A stretch of DNA of 64,000 bases, taken from positions 84,854 to 148,853 of the forward strand of contig CAKSFN010000004.1 of the NCBI GenBank assembly GCA_934454405.1, in the 5' to 3' direction. Shown here piece by piece: positions 9,460 to 18,821 of the stretch (position 1 is its first letter; every line of letters begins with the position of its first letter). This DNA comes from an uncultured Eubacteriales bacterium (GTDB lineage Bacteria > Bacillota > Clostridia > Oscillospirales > UBA644). The position numbers and the translations under genes were made by a program. Under the pieces are notes generated by a model. The model did not search any database. It worked only from the letters and a program-made list of their open reading frames with translations, and was not told the origin of the DNA.

Positions 9460-9494
9460 AAGTTGCAGTATCTATATTTATCGAGGTGATAGCG

Positions 9495-9728
9495 ATGATT
9501 ATTCTTTCCGTCAGCTACAACAACCTGTGGAAGCTGCTTGTCGATAAAAAAATGAGCAAGGCTGATTTACGCAGGGCTGTGGAGATTTCTCCGAACACAA
9601 TGACAAAGCTTCGTCGTGATGAAGAAGTGTCGATGTCTGTTCTGAAAAGAATCTGCGAATATCTGGAGTGTAATATCGGGGATATCTGCGACTTCATTCC
9701 GGTTTCAAAATCGGAGGTGAATGCTTGA
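9495..9728 (+). CDS. XRE/Cro-type helix-turn-helix regulator (77 aa)
   Basis: ATG at 9495 lies 5 nt after GAGGTG. The product is roughly 45% identical by eye to the HTH protein at 33309-33512 (SYNxLWKLLxDKKM...VSM..L.KIC..L.C.I). Confidence 0.75.
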   Translation: MIILSVSYNNLWKLLVDKKMSKADLRRAVEISPNTMTKLRRDEEVSMSVLKRICEYLECNIGDICDFIPVSKSEVNA

Positions 9729-10210
9729 TGACGGTACAGCTATTGCTTGAGTGCGAGCAATATATCCGAAACGGCGGCATTCTTGCCGGTTCATCTTTTG
9801 GGAAAATAGAAATACCTTCCCATAAGATGATGGACATTGATACCGATGCCGCGGAACAGTATTTACAGCAACACAGGGAGAATTATTTTACAGAGCAGAT
9901 GTTTGCCTTTATTGATCGTACCGGTCAGAAAGACAGTGATATCTATAAAAAGGCATTGATTGACCGCCGATTGTTTTCCAAGATACGGTCGAACAAAAAA
10001 TACATACCTGCCAAGAGAACGGTAATCGCTTTGTGTCTTGCATTGGAATTATCAAGAGAGGATGCAGATAAACTTCTTTCCTCTGCCGGATACAGTTTAT
10101 CCCGTGCCGACGATTTCGATCTTGTGATTGCCTTTTGCATTGAAAAGAAAATATTTAATTTCTTTGACATCAACGAGGCTCTTGTTCATTTCGGTTTTGA
10201 GCCGTTTTGA
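9728..10210 (+). CDS. Hypothetical protein (160 aa) with a degenerate HTH-like C-terminal domain
   Basis: ATGA start/stop overlap with the XRE gene. DIYKKALIDRRLFSKIRSNKKYIPAKRTVIALCLALELSREDADKLLSSAGYSLS resembles a family of Firmicute HTH-like proteins known to me only as hypotheticals. Confidence 0.55.
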   Translation: MTVQLLLECEQYIRNGGILAGSSFGKIEIPSHKMMDIDTDAAEQYLQQHRENYFTEQMFAFIDRTGQKDSDIYKKALIDRRLFSKIRSNKKYIPAKRTVIALCLALELSREDADKLLSSAGYSLSRADDFDLVIAFCIEKKIFNFFDINEALVHFGFEPF

Positions 10211-10242
10211 AAAAGAAAAAGCCGCCGTCAGAAAACGGCAGC
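10211..10242 (-). terminator. Rho-independent terminator for the minus-strand RHH gene
   Basis: On the minus strand, GCTGCCGT-TTTCTG-ACGGCGGC is followed by TTTTTCTTTT. Confidence 0.6.
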
Positions 10243-10248
10243 CAAGTA

Positions 10249-10437
10249 TCATTTTGAGTCCGTGGATTTATCATCCGATGTGTTCAGGTTATCGAGCGCA
10301 TATTGAAGGCATTGTACAACGATTTTATTCATGGAAGTGTTGTACTCGCCGGCAAGGCGGTCAAGCTGATCCACAATATTTACGGGAATACGGAATGTTT
10401 TATTGACGGATTCAAAACCCTTTTCAAGCTCAAGCAT
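10249..10437 (-). CDS. Ribbon-helix-helix (Arc/CopG-like) DNA-binding protein (62 aa)
   Basis: ATG at 10437 lies 9 nt after AAGAGGTG. KTFRIPVNIVDQLDRLAGEYNTSMNKIVVQCLQYAL has the RHH pattern. It is the only minus-strand gene in the element and is divergent from the cargo operon. Confidence 0.6.
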   Translation of the reverse strand: MLELEKGFESVNKTFRIPVNIVDQLDRLAGEYNTSMNKIVVQCLQYALDNLNTSDDKSTDSK

Positions 10438-10586
10438 GATAAATCTCACCTCTTTGCATATTATTATGCACTAAATTTAGAAATAAATATACAAGCAGTT
10501 TATCTTGCAAAGCGCTTGCGGATGGTACCGAAAAATTATATAATGATACTTGAATGGGTATGCTTATCAATTGAGTTTCAAAAAGT

Positions 10587-10610
10587 GTCGCCGCTGCGGC
10601 GACCAAATTA
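10587..10610 (+). repeat. Conserved stem-loop motif, copy 1: GTCGCC-GCTGC-GGCGAC-CAAATTA
   Basis: Read directly. It lies 51 nt upstream of the first cargo gene. Related copies are at 18755 and 25950. Confidence 0.75.
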
Positions 10611-10660
10611 CAGGTGATGCGGTATATAATGATTTTTGGAATAGGAGGGCGGCTTTAACT

Positions 10661-10891
10661 ATGGAAAAACCAAAGAAATTGAGAAAGCTGATAAAAGCGG
10701 CGAAAATGGGAAAGCCCTGCGCCATGTACCGACTTGGTATTTGCTTTGAAACAGGAACTATGACGGAGATAAATATAGATAAAGCCGCACGGTGGATTTC
10801 CGCAGCGGCTGAGACCGGATATGCTCCGGCACTTGAATGGATAAAGGATTACTCTTTTGACGATAACGCTTTGATTCAGGCGGAAAGCTGA
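10661..10891 (+). CDS. Small Sel1-repeat protein (76 aa)
   Basis: AGGAGGG RBS. AAKMGKPCAMYRLGICFETGTMTEINIDKAARWISAAAETGYAPALEWI contains two Sel1-like repeats. Confidence 0.7.
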   Translation: MEKPKKLRKLIKAAKMGKPCAMYRLGICFETGTMTEINIDKAARWISAAAETGYAPALEWIKDYSFDDNALIQAES

Positions 10892-10899
10892 GGGAATAT

Positions 10900-11274
10900 A
10901 TGAACCACCTGCAATACAACAAAATTCTTGACAAAGTAGATCTTTATGAAGGGCTTGAAAAAAACACGCTGACCATACGGCTTGAAGGAAACATATGCGA
11001 GCGCTGCCCGTCCGATATGCACAGATATGATATTCCATTCCCTGTCGAAGCCGATAGTTTTACGGTTGATTTTACTTCCTACGCGCCCAAGCACAGCTAC
11101 GAGCTGATTATAAAAAGCGTTAACGAAAACAGCGTTGATATTACTTTTAGCGGAAATGACTACACCCTGCACGAAGGGATCAACTTCCTTTTTGACATAA
11201 GGGAGCATCAGGCCTCATACGACGGCCCGTGGTTTACGGGCGTGGATGAATTACAGGCTGTATGGGTGAAATAA
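10900..11274 (+). CDS. Hypothetical small protein (124 aa)
   Basis: 8-nt gap after the upstream gene. Positional counterpart of ORF 20475-20768. Confidence 0.55.
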   Translation: MNHLQYNKILDKVDLYEGLEKNTLTIRLEGNICERCPSDMHRYDIPFPVEADSFTVDFTSYAPKHSYELIIKSVNENSVDITFSGNDYTLHEGINFLFDIREHQASYDGPWFTGVDELQAVWVK

Positions 11275-11293
11275 GCGATAATGAGGTGGCGGC

Positions 11294-11887
11294 GTGAACG
11301 GAATCAAGCTGAAAATATCAAAACCAAAGGATAAGCTTTCCGCAGGTTCAAGCAAGCTGTTCGGCAATCCCGATGTGTGGGACGGCTTTGAATGGCCGTA
11401 TATCGAAGAAAACGGCGAAAAGTATGACTTAACCTTTATGTGTCAGATAGACTGTGCAAAGGCAGAAGGCTTTGACGAAAGCGGATTGCTTCCGAAAACT
11501 GGAATACTTTATTTCTTTTACGACCTTGATACAATGCCCGAAGCACCGGACGAAAAATCGGCACGGGTTCTTTGGTACAACGGCGAATTGTCCGCCCTGC
11601 ATGAAATGATACTGACAGATGAGGACGGCAACAGTCTGGCGTTTTCCGAGCAGAGAATCAATTTTGATGTAGCAGATGCGGATGAAAAATCATCTTCTCT
11701 TCTTCTCGGAGATATGACGCAAAGCTGTGATTTTATAAAGGATTATCTGCCGCTTTTGCGTATCGGCTCGCTTGAAACGGAGGATGCGGAGATCCGCTTT
11801 AAGGGTAACGGGGCGCTGTGCTTTTATATTGAAAAAGAAAAACTTGTAGCGTGCAACTTTTCCGAAGTGAAAGCGGCACAGATATAA
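11294..11887 (+). CDS. DUF1963 (YwqG-like) family protein
   Basis: GTG start after GAGGTGG. LPKTGILYFFYD and the C-terminal GNGALCFYIEKEKL...F match the DUF1963 signature as I remember it. Confidence 0.65.
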   Translation: MNGIKLKISKPKDKLSAGSSKLFGNPDVWDGFEWPYIEENGEKYDLTFMCQIDCAKAEGFDESGLLPKTGILYFFYDLDTMPEAPDEKSARVLWYNGELSALHEMILTDEDGNSLAFSEQRINFDVADADEKSSSLLLGDMTQSCDFIKDYLPLLRIGSLETEDAEIRFKGNGALCFYIEKEKLVACNFSEVKAAQI

Positions 11888-11904
11888 CAGGGAGGAACTT
11901 TGCC

Positions 11905-14274
11905 ATGGGACTGTTCAAAAAGAAAACTACCGATTATGACGAGATTTTCACAAAGCTTGCGGCGGGAAACCTGTCCGCGCGGGAGCTTAAGAATGCCGAA
12001 AAGGCATTGGAGGAGCTTGCAGAATCGGGAGATGCGCGCGGTGTCATCTGGCGCCCTCTCATAAACATATATAAGCATAACATCCCTTCGGCAATCAGCA
12101 ACTTTTCGTTTGCGGAGAGGCAATACGGAATTTGCGAGGAATACGTGCGCGTGCGCAGTCTGCCTGTCGTATTCGGACTTTTCAGCTTTCGGTATGACAA
12201 GTATCACGAGCCGGCAAGCGCCGTTTTTACGGCGCGTTCATATGAGTACGGCTGGGGTACGGAGGCTGACCACGCAAGGGCTCTTGAGATCATACGGGAT
12301 GCGGCGGAACGGATACACGAGGGGGCGTTTGTGTCATATGCGCCGACTATCAAAAAAGTATATCTTGAAATTACGGGCGAAGAAATCCCCGAACAAAATG
12401 TTCCGTCGGCAGAAAGCGGCGAGCCTGCCGAAAAGGACGGCGAAATGCAAAACGGCTGCGATGTTCCGCACGACGATGGCGTAAAGCCCGCCGATGACGC
12501 GCGGTGCGCGGAGGACAACGCATCCCCCGCGGAGGCTTCTCCCGCCGCAGCTTCTCCGACCTCCGACCGCACGGAAGCGGCACCGCACGTTGAGAGTGCC
12601 GCGCAGAACAGCAGTATTACCGCAGAATCGCAGGGCAGCGCGGACAGCGCCGATGCTGCGGCAGACGACTTCGAATGGGAGGAGTTTTCCTCGATCGACG
12701 AGCTTCACGAAAAAATTCTCCATCCGGAGCTTTTCCGCGATCCGGAGGATCGCTATATCATAAATTCGTGTATGTATCTTGATACGTTCGTCGATGAATT
12801 CCGCGAGGAATTTGCGGGCGACGACTATGCGGAAACGAAGGAGATAATCGCCGAAATTCTCGGAGTTGAGAGCGGCGAGCTCACGGAGTGCATCGAGCGC
12901 CGACTTGACTTTATACACGGATTTACCGAAAAGGAGTACCTCCTTGCGGCGATGTACAGCCTCGCTTACGACGAAAGAACGGACCTTGCGCCGTATCTTG
13001 CAAATCTCGCCTGCTATTTGTGGACGGATACCGGGGACGGCGACTACTTCGATCCGCTGCTTGATCTGTTTAAGCTGTCCGGCGAATACGACGACGACGA
13101 CAGCACATGGCTCTGCGCCATACTCCGCCTGCGGGAAAACGGCAATATCGACGAGCCGCTGAATCCGAACGGCAACGTCAGCTTCGACTATCAATTCGCA
13201 GATTTCGACTATGTGTTCGGCGATCTTCTCGATAAAGGATACCTGCCCGGCTCGGACGGAAAAATGTATCTGTCCGATATCGGCGATGACAGCGGGGACG
13301 AAGCGGAGGAATCCGATACCGGAGACAACGTGCTGCTGCGTTACCGAAACGGCGATTCCTACCGCGGCGCGGCGGTCGGCGGCGTGCGCGAGGGATTCGG
13401 TGCCTATTTTTTCGCGGATGGCGGGTTCTACCGCGGCTGCTTCCATGCGGACAACTACGAGGGCTACGGCATGCTGGACGAAGGAAACGACAAGGTCTAC
13501 AAGGGGCTTTGGAAGAACGGAAAGCGCTGCGGCTACGGCGTGCAGACCTACGCAAACGGCGAGGTCTACCGCGGATGGTGGAAGGACGACCGATTCCACG
13601 GCTTCGGGCGGTATGAATTTTTGAACGGAGCGGTGGATCTCGGGGAATTTTATAACAATCTGCATGAGGGAATCTTCCTTATCCGCCGGGAAGGTCAATG
13701 GTTCGGGACCCTGTGGCAGAACGACGAGATCGTTCCGGAGCCCACCGGACCTGAGGTGATCGATATCGGCAGCGATTCTCGGTATACGGGAGAGATCGTG
13801 CGGAGGAGAAACGGAAACGTGATCACGCGGGTGAAGCACGGCTACGGAAAATACCGCTTCTCTCACCGTAACGGTGCAGACACGGTGGACGGCTACATCG
13901 GTGAGTTTGAGAACGATGCCCCCTGCGGCTCCGGAATGGTCGTCAATACGGTCGGTGACTCCCCCATGGTGCTGATCAGCTCCGATTTTCGCGGCGAGGC
14001 GCTGCCCGAGGGCGAATGCCGCATGATCTCGCTGACCACGCAAGGCACCACGCAGTACGCGGAATACTATGTCGGCGGATTTCATGATTCAAAATGGCGC
14101 GGCAAGGGCATGCTGTCTCTTATCGGCAATAAGAATGTCTGCGACTTCAACTGGTACGGCGGACTGTCCACGGGCAGCATTATAAGCTGCGACAGCTTTA
14201 ACGACTTCCCCACGGGCGATATTACCGTTGTCGACAAAGACGGCAGACGGACGCAAATGCATCTGAACGGCTGA
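11905..14274 (+). CDS. Large multidomain protein (789 aa): Sel1-like N-terminus, acidic low-complexity linker, unknown central domain, MORN repeats
   Basis: ATG at 11905 after GGGAGGA. MORN repeats include YKGLWKNGKRCGYGVQTYANGEVYRGWWKDDRFHGFGRYEFLNG. A Sel1-like ARSYEYGWGTEADHARALEIIRDAAE lies near the N-terminus. Confidence 0.7.
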   Translation: MGLFKKKTTDYDEIFTKLAAGNLSARELKNAEKALEELAESGDARGVIWRPLINIYKHNIPSAISNFSFAERQYGICEEYVRVRSLPVVFGLFSFRYDKYHEPASAVFTARSYEYGWGTEADHARALEIIRDAAERIHEGAFVSYAPTIKKVYLEITGEEIPEQNVPSAESGEPAEKDGEMQNGCDVPHDDGVKPADDARCAEDNASPAEASPAAASPTSDRTEAAPHVESAAQNSSITAESQGSADSADAAADDFEWEEFSSIDELHEKILHPELFRDPEDRYIINSCMYLDTFVDEFREEFAGDDYAETKEIIAEILGVESGELTECIERRLDFIHGFTEKEYLLAAMYSLAYDERTDLAPYLANLACYLWTDTGDGDYFDPLLDLFKLSGEYDDDDSTWLCAILRLRENGNIDEPLNPNGNVSFDYQFADFDYVFGDLLDKGYLPGSDGKMYLSDIGDDSGDEAEESDTGDNVLLRYRNGDSYRGAAVGGVREGFGAYFFADGGFYRGCFHADNYEGYGMLDEGNDKVYKGLWKNGKRCGYGVQTYANGEVYRGWWKDDRFHGFGRYEFLNGAVDLGEFYNNLHEGIFLIRREGQWFGTLWQNDEIVPEPTGPEVIDIGSDSRYTGEIVRRRNGNVITRVKHGYGKYRFSHRNGADTVDGYIGEFENDAPCGSGMVVNTVGDSPMVLISSDFRGEALPEGECRMISLTTQGTTQYAEYYVGGFHDSKWRGKGMLSLIGNKNVCDFNWYGGLSTGSIISCDSFNDFPTGDITVVDKDGRRTQMHLNG

Positions 14275-14381
14275 TGCCCGGATAGGCGAGATACAGACGA
14301 TTTGTTGACGGGTTACGGAAATCGAACAAGTAATGTAATCTGCACTACTGTCATAAAACTACCGTTAAGGAGAAATAGCCT

Positions 14382-15362
14382 ATGAGTATATGCGACGAAT
14401 TAAAAAATCAAGCGGAGCAAACATACGCCGATGGGATCGACAAATCTATTGAAACGGCGGCGGCGTGCTTTCGGCTTTGCGCAGAAGGGTTGTCCCGATT
14501 TTCCGATGACGGCGGAGGGAGCTACCCGATACAGGATATTTCACTGCTCATTGCCTGCTCGGCGGTGTCGGGCGGCTGGAACAGAGCAGGCTCTGCCGAC
14601 AGGGAGCGTATGTCTGAAAGGCTGAAGCTGTATGTATCAAACATCAACGGGCTGTGCGACGATCTGCCGCTTGCGCTGACCGTTCCCGGATATGCGAATA
14701 TCGGGCGGAATCTCATGTCGCCGCCGCAGATAACGGCGTTTACCGAACATCTGACGCGCCTGTTACAAACGCTTGACGAGCATGAAAAAATGGCGGTCGT
14801 CACGATGCACTATTTGATGCTGTATGCGGTGTTTGAAGAATGGCCGCAGGTGGATGTGCTGAAAGACGCCTATGAAGGCGCCTTAGTTCAGCCGGAGGAA
14901 GCCTACGAGCCGCCTGAGAGCAATACGGCAGGCATTCCGTTCTCGCATACATATGCCGCTCCCGCACAACCGACAGCGGCGGCGATTGCCCGATATGAAC
15001 GCAACGCAAAGCGCCGCTGGCGGCCGCTGAAAATCTATCTTATCGTAACGGGACTGTTTATCGCACTGGTGCTCGGACTGTACTTTTATGCCGCACCTCC
15101 GTTTTCTGAAGGTCAGGAGATTGTGGTAAAGGATATCACCGGACAGTCGGTGAAAATGCTGCCCGATTCTGAGCCTGTGGAGCTTGCCTTGGTGGGGCTG
15201 ACGGATTATAACGGCGTCGTCCGCCTGTTTTACGGAATGATAACAGGCATTGTGGTGTACCGAATAGTGTCAATCCTTGCCGTGTTTATCATAAACTCGC
15301 TCTATCGCAGAAGAAATGCGAAAAAAGCCGCTGCTTTAAGGGCAGGCAATTATATACCGTAA
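14382..15362 (+). CDS. Membrane-anchored hypothetical protein (326 aa): soluble N-domain plus two C-terminal TM helices
   Basis: AAGGAG RBS. TM segments LKIYLIVTGLFIALVLGLYFYA and FYGMITGIVVYRIVSILAVFII. Confidence 0.6.
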   Translation: MSICDELKNQAEQTYADGIDKSIETAAACFRLCAEGLSRFSDDGGGSYPIQDISLLIACSAVSGGWNRAGSADRERMSERLKLYVSNINGLCDDLPLALTVPGYANIGRNLMSPPQITAFTEHLTRLLQTLDEHEKMAVVTMHYLMLYAVFEEWPQVDVLKDAYEGALVQPEEAYEPPESNTAGIPFSHTYAAPAQPTAAAIARYERNAKRRWRPLKIYLIVTGLFIALVLGLYFYAAPPFSEGQEIVVKDITGQSVKMLPDSEPVELALVGLTDYNGVVRLFYGMITGIVVYRIVSILAVFIINSLYRRRNAKKAAALRAGNYIP

Positions 15363-15379
15363 TCAGAAGGAGGATGGAT

Positions 15380-16522
15380 ATGTTCAAAAAAGTCATAACA
15401 CTATTATTCGGCACGGCGTTTATGGTAGTGCTGATGCTTGCAGCAGGCGGCATATATCTGTTGCCCGAAAATGTTATGGGCGTTTATCTGTACGCCGATG
15501 TGTGGAACGCCGTGGGAGGGCTGTTCAGCCTGATGCTGGTTCCCGGCTTTGTGGTGGGCTATGCCGCCTGTCAGAGCCGAATTCTCGGCGCAGTCTGGTT
15601 TATCGGCTTTGTCGTATTGGGATTTATCAGCGGTATCAGCGTTTGGTGGATCGTCACGGCTGTGCTGCTTATCCTCTCCTACCTGTTCTGTATCAGCGAG
15701 AATGTTGGCGATTATGATGACCTCGACACCTACGACAAGCTCTGTGTGCTGATCCCCGCCTTCGGGGCACTGCGGTTTATCGACCGCTTCGGGCTGGAAG
15801 GCTTTTTCGGCGTGATAGGAAAAATTCTTTCTGTTATCGCTATAATACTGAATTTTGCACTGATGATCGCTCTGTGGATTGTGCCAAAGGATGAAGCCTC
15901 GGCGTTTGGCACGGTTATCATGCAGATCAAGACTTTCGGCAGTACCCTGTTCGGCGTCGTCTTTATCTTCGTTTTCCTGCCGCTGTTTTCGGTTTACAGT
16001 GCGAAATATTCCTTTATTAAGCCGGGACTTGCCAAAGTGCTTGCCTGCATTTTCGGCGGCTACGACATTATGCGCGGAGCCTTTGTAACCATGCCGGCTT
16101 TGCTCGGAGGCCTTAATCTGACTATGGACACCTCTATGGAAAGCGCAAGTCCGATATTTAACAATATGTTTGGCATTGAGGCGTGCTTCCTTATGGCGAT
16201 GCTGCTCGGCGGAATCCTTTGTGTTAAGACTGCCTTTGGTAAAAAGCTGGGACTAACTGCACAGTTCTGCCTGACAAAGGACGGCACGGCATCGCTGCGC
16301 TGCCTGATGATGGCGGCACTCTCAACCGTGCTTGTATTCAGCATAGCGCCCGCCGCAATCTTTATTGTGTGGCTCGCCGCTGTTGTCGTACTGATGATTG
16401 CATTCCTCATAGCTTATAAAATGAGACCGCGCTACACTTATAACGATTTAATAACTTTGGGCTACTCGGATTATGAGGCAAGAAAGTTGCTTTCTATAAC
16501 CGGCGGAGAATTTTCTATATAA
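15380..16522 (+). CDS. Polytopic integral membrane protein (~10 TM)
   Basis: ATG at 15380 lies 6 nt after AAGGAGG (an alternative ATG is at 15374). The sequence is hydrophobic throughout. No family recognised. Confidence 0.6.
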   Translation: MFKKVITLLFGTAFMVVLMLAAGGIYLLPENVMGVYLYADVWNAVGGLFSLMLVPGFVVGYAACQSRILGAVWFIGFVVLGFISGISVWWIVTAVLLILSYLFCISENVGDYDDLDTYDKLCVLIPAFGALRFIDRFGLEGFFGVIGKILSVIAIILNFALMIALWIVPKDEASAFGTVIMQIKTFGSTLFGVVFIFVFLPLFSVYSAKYSFIKPGLAKVLACIFGGYDIMRGAFVTMPALLGGLNLTMDTSMESASPIFNNMFGIEACFLMAMLLGGILCVKTAFGKKLGLTAQFCLTKDGTASLRCLMMAALSTVLVFSIAPAAIFIVWLAAVVVLMIAFLIAYKMRPRYTYNDLITLGYSDYEARKLLSITGGEFSI

Positions 16523-16535
16523 TGAGGGCAAAAAT

Positions 16536-16817
16536 ATGACAGAACAAAAGAAAAAGCAAATCATTGAGCTTGAAAAAGAGCTTTCCTATCTTGTAAACGG
16601 CACGATGGCGGTCGAGGAAAAGCTGAAAAGTCTCTCGAATGCGCATTGGCAGGCTTATAACTCCGGCTACGGCGACGCTATGGCAAACAAGCTGATGGGC
16701 GGGCAGGAGGATGAACAAACCCGCCTTTGGGAGAAAAACTGCGAGAACAAATACAAAATCGACGCACTCATTGACTTGCTCGGTGAGTTAAAGGAAGAAG
16801 GTGATAGCGGATGTTGA
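16536..16817 (+). CDS. Small coiled-coil protein (93 aa)
   Basis: 13-nt gap after the upstream gene. Charged heptad-like sequence. Confidence 0.5.
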   Translation: MTEQKKKQIIELEKELSYLVNGTMAVEEKLKSLSNAHWQAYNSGYGDAMANKLMGGQEDEQTRLWEKNCENKYKIDALIDLLGELKEEGDSGC

Positions 16818-17251
16818 CCTGCCCTTATTGCGGATCATCCCGTTTACAAACCACCGGCGGAGACATCGGCAATCCCTTTGACCGCAGACAAGAAAAGACA
16901 ATCTGTCTTGACTGCGGCAGAACGGTAGTAACAGAGCCGGATACAGCGGACTTGTTTCAAAGCGTAATCTGCATCGAAATGACTGCTGGGGGCGGCGGAC
17001 TTGTCCGAAAGGCAAAAGCGGAATTTCCGTATCAAGACGGCGAGTATGATTTGAGCCGTCTCGAATACCCGCTTTGCCGATATAAGCGTTTAAAAATCAG
17101 CAAAGATACAGTGGACATAGACAGCGAGATTTATGTAAGCATTACCGATGTGCCGTATGAAACAACAAGACAATATACCGCTTACGCTCCCGATAATCGA
17201 CCGGAGGCGGAAACGGCGAAAATCAAGATTTATTCAAAAGGAGAGATTTAA
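16811..17251 (+). CDS. Zinc-ribbon protein (146 aa)
   Basis: CPYCGSSRL...CLDCGRTV gives two CxxC pairs. Overlaps the upstream gene by 7 nt. Confidence 0.55.
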   Translation: MLTCPYCGSSRLQTTGGDIGNPFDRRQEKTICLDCGRTVVTEPDTADLFQSVICIEMTAGGGGLVRKAKAEFPYQDGEYDLSRLEYPLCRYKRLKISKDTVDIDSEIYVSITDVPYETTRQYTAYAPDNRPEAETAKIKIYSKGEI

Positions 17252-17254
17252 TTT

Positions 17255-18211
17255 ATGGGACGATGTGCAAGGTGTGGAATGCCTATGCCCGGAGATGTAA
17301 TCGGAGCAGTTTGCTTAAACTGTCAACGGCAAATGGCATCTCAACGCAGCGGAAGCAACGAAAACCAAAAAAGACAAGAGGAACAAAGACGCAGACAGGA
17401 AGAATGGAACGCACAACACGGTTTAGAAAGCATAACCACCGACAGCAACGGGAATATCGTTAGTAAATACCGCGACGGAAGAACCACCGTGCATACCCCC
17501 GCTCAGGTCAAACGCAGTTTTTGGCGTACCGTAATCATTCTTATCCTTTTGGCGGCGGGAGTGTTCACGGGGATAAAGTATTATTCCTATTCTAAAAATG
17601 AAAGCAACCTGCTCGCACCGTTTGAAATTACGCAGACGGAATCGGGTGACGGTTCATTTGTCATTAACACCGCCCTTTCGGGAAGCAATACATATAAAAT
17701 CTACGAATTGACCGTTTCTCCAAAGAAAGAGGGCTTTGTATCAAGCGTTTTCGGTTCTTCCTCCGACTTTGCCAAAATGTCATGCTTTACGGTGGACGGC
17801 AAGGCAGCTTATTGCTACTGTTTCAGCGGCTATGATTGCGGTACGGGGCTTGACGGCGAGTTTTATCTCACGGAAGTAAACGGCAAACGGGCACTCATTG
17901 ATAATGATCGCGGCAAGGTCTATATGGAAGGCTCAGAGTTTTTCGGTGAACATATCGCAAAATTGGAGGCGTTTAATCCGGCTGCGGTATTAAAACCTCT
18001 TACCGAAAAGGTATCGGGCGGCGAATACGGTATCAATACGTCCTATTATGTTTTGAAAAAGGACGGAGTATCTTTAAGCTGCTCCAAGGACGGAAACCGC
18101 ATCAACGTCCTTGATGAAAGCGGCGAAGAAAGACTCAACTATAAAGTGCAATACTATGAATCCTCTATGGGCAAATTGCCGGACTATTCGGAATATGAAA
18201 TTGTAGAGTAA
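17255..18211 (+). CDS. Zinc-ribbon / single-TM / extracytoplasmic-domain protein (318 aa)
   Basis: N-terminal CARCGMPM...CLNCQ, a charged QEEQRRRQEEW linker, the TM helix FWRTVIILILLAAGVFTGI, then a ~210-aa outside domain. Confidence 0.6.
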   Translation: MGRCARCGMPMPGDVIGAVCLNCQRQMASQRSGSNENQKRQEEQRRRQEEWNAQHGLESITTDSNGNIVSKYRDGRTTVHTPAQVKRSFWRTVIILILLAAGVFTGIKYYSYSKNESNLLAPFEITQTESGDGSFVINTALSGSNTYKIYELTVSPKKEGFVSSVFGSSSDFAKMSCFTVDGKAAYCYCFSGYDCGTGLDGEFYLTEVNGKRALIDNDRGKVYMEGSEFFGEHIAKLEAFNPAAVLKPLTEKVSGGEYGINTSYYVLKKDGVSLSCSKDGNRINVLDESGEERLNYKVQYYESSMGKLPDYSEYEIVE

Positions 18212-18236
18212 ATACAGACTGAAAGGAAAATAAATT

Positions 18237-18752
18237 ATGGGACTGTTTGGAATGATGTCGTATGACGAAGCAATGGAAACGCTGATTGAAGGAACCGCTT
18301 CAAAATCGGTTTTGGAAAAGGCGTATAAACGGGTAAAAAAGAATGCGTACAACGAAAGTCAGGGAACAGTGCAGTTGCATTATTGTTTCGGTCAGCTTTA
18401 CGGTATTGAAAAAATTGAATGCTCCGCAGAGAAAAGAATTTTCGGTTCAGTGTGGCTATCGGTGGACTATAAAGGTGATTTTGACGATGATAACCTGCAA
18501 TTGGTTAAAAAGTTTTTGACAAGCAAACCCGATTTTAACCGTCAGGTGAATGAAACAGCTTTGAATATGCAGCCCGATAACGAGGATTACAAATACGCGA
18601 CCGTTTATCTGATTTTTGCGTATTTGTATGGTTGCGGTTTTGAACCGGATATCGAGAAAACCGAAGAATATGCCGAAAAGTCTGAAGCGCTTGGAGATGA
18701 AAAAGCGGCCGTATGGAAAGCGCGCATCGAAACCGTAAAAAACGGCAAATAA
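18237..18752 (+). CDS. Hypothetical protein (171 aa) with one Sel1-like repeat at the C-terminus
   Basis: AAAGGAAA RBS. YLIFAYLYGCGFEPDIEKTEEYAEKSEALGDEKA is Sel1-like. It shares the MGLF N-terminus with ORF 11905. Confidence 0.55.
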   Translation: MGLFGMMSYDEAMETLIEGTASKSVLEKAYKRVKKNAYNESQGTVQLHYCFGQLYGIEKIECSAEKRIFGSVWLSVDYKGDFDDDNLQLVKKFLTSKPDFNRQVNETALNMQPDNEDYKYATVYLIFAYLYGCGFEPDIEKTEEYAEKSEALGDEKAAVWKARIETVKNGK

Positions 18753-18754
18753 AT

Positions 18755-18778
18755 GTCGCTGCTGCGGCGACCAAAATA
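18755..18778 (+). repeat. Conserved stem-loop motif, copy 2: GTCGCT-GCTGC-GGCGAC-CAAAATA
   Basis: Read directly, in the 69-nt gap between ORFs 18237-18752 and 18822-20459. The T6:G12 pair is a G-U wobble on + strand RNA. A TATAAT lies at 18783-18788. Confidence 0.75.
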
Positions 18779-18821
18779 TTCTTATAATACGCTATCATTG
18801 TGTTGTAAAGGAGGCGAGCGC

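Noticed and set aside
10602-10630. Reading the ACCAAA tail of the stem-loop motif as a -35 box for the element-encoded sigma-like protein.
   Set aside because: The distance from ACCAAA to the nearest TATAAT-like hexamer differs widely among the three copies (17 nt at copy 1, 7 nt at copy 2). A fixed promoter geometry is therefore not supported.
12334-14085. A very long antisense ORF (583 aa, minus strand). Similar long antisense or alternate-frame ORFs occur at 2942-3877(-), 22508-23425(-), 29408-30307(-), 45997-46851(-), 53700-54596(-), 59532-60299(+) and 61976-62842(+).
   Set aside because: All lie fully inside well-supported genes on the opposite strand or in another frame. Their translations are Arg/Ala/Gly/Ser-rich and low-complexity, with no motifs. 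Stop-poor shadow frames like this are expected in GC-rich coding DNA.
18753-18821. Upstream ATG at 18753 for the Sel1 protein. There are similar in-frame upstream extensions at 10550, 11851, 27136, 27844, 32120 and 54800.
   Set aside because: The extensions run through intergenic hairpins or promoters and lack an RBS. Internal ATGs with good Shine-Dalgarno spacing give N-termini typical of the families.
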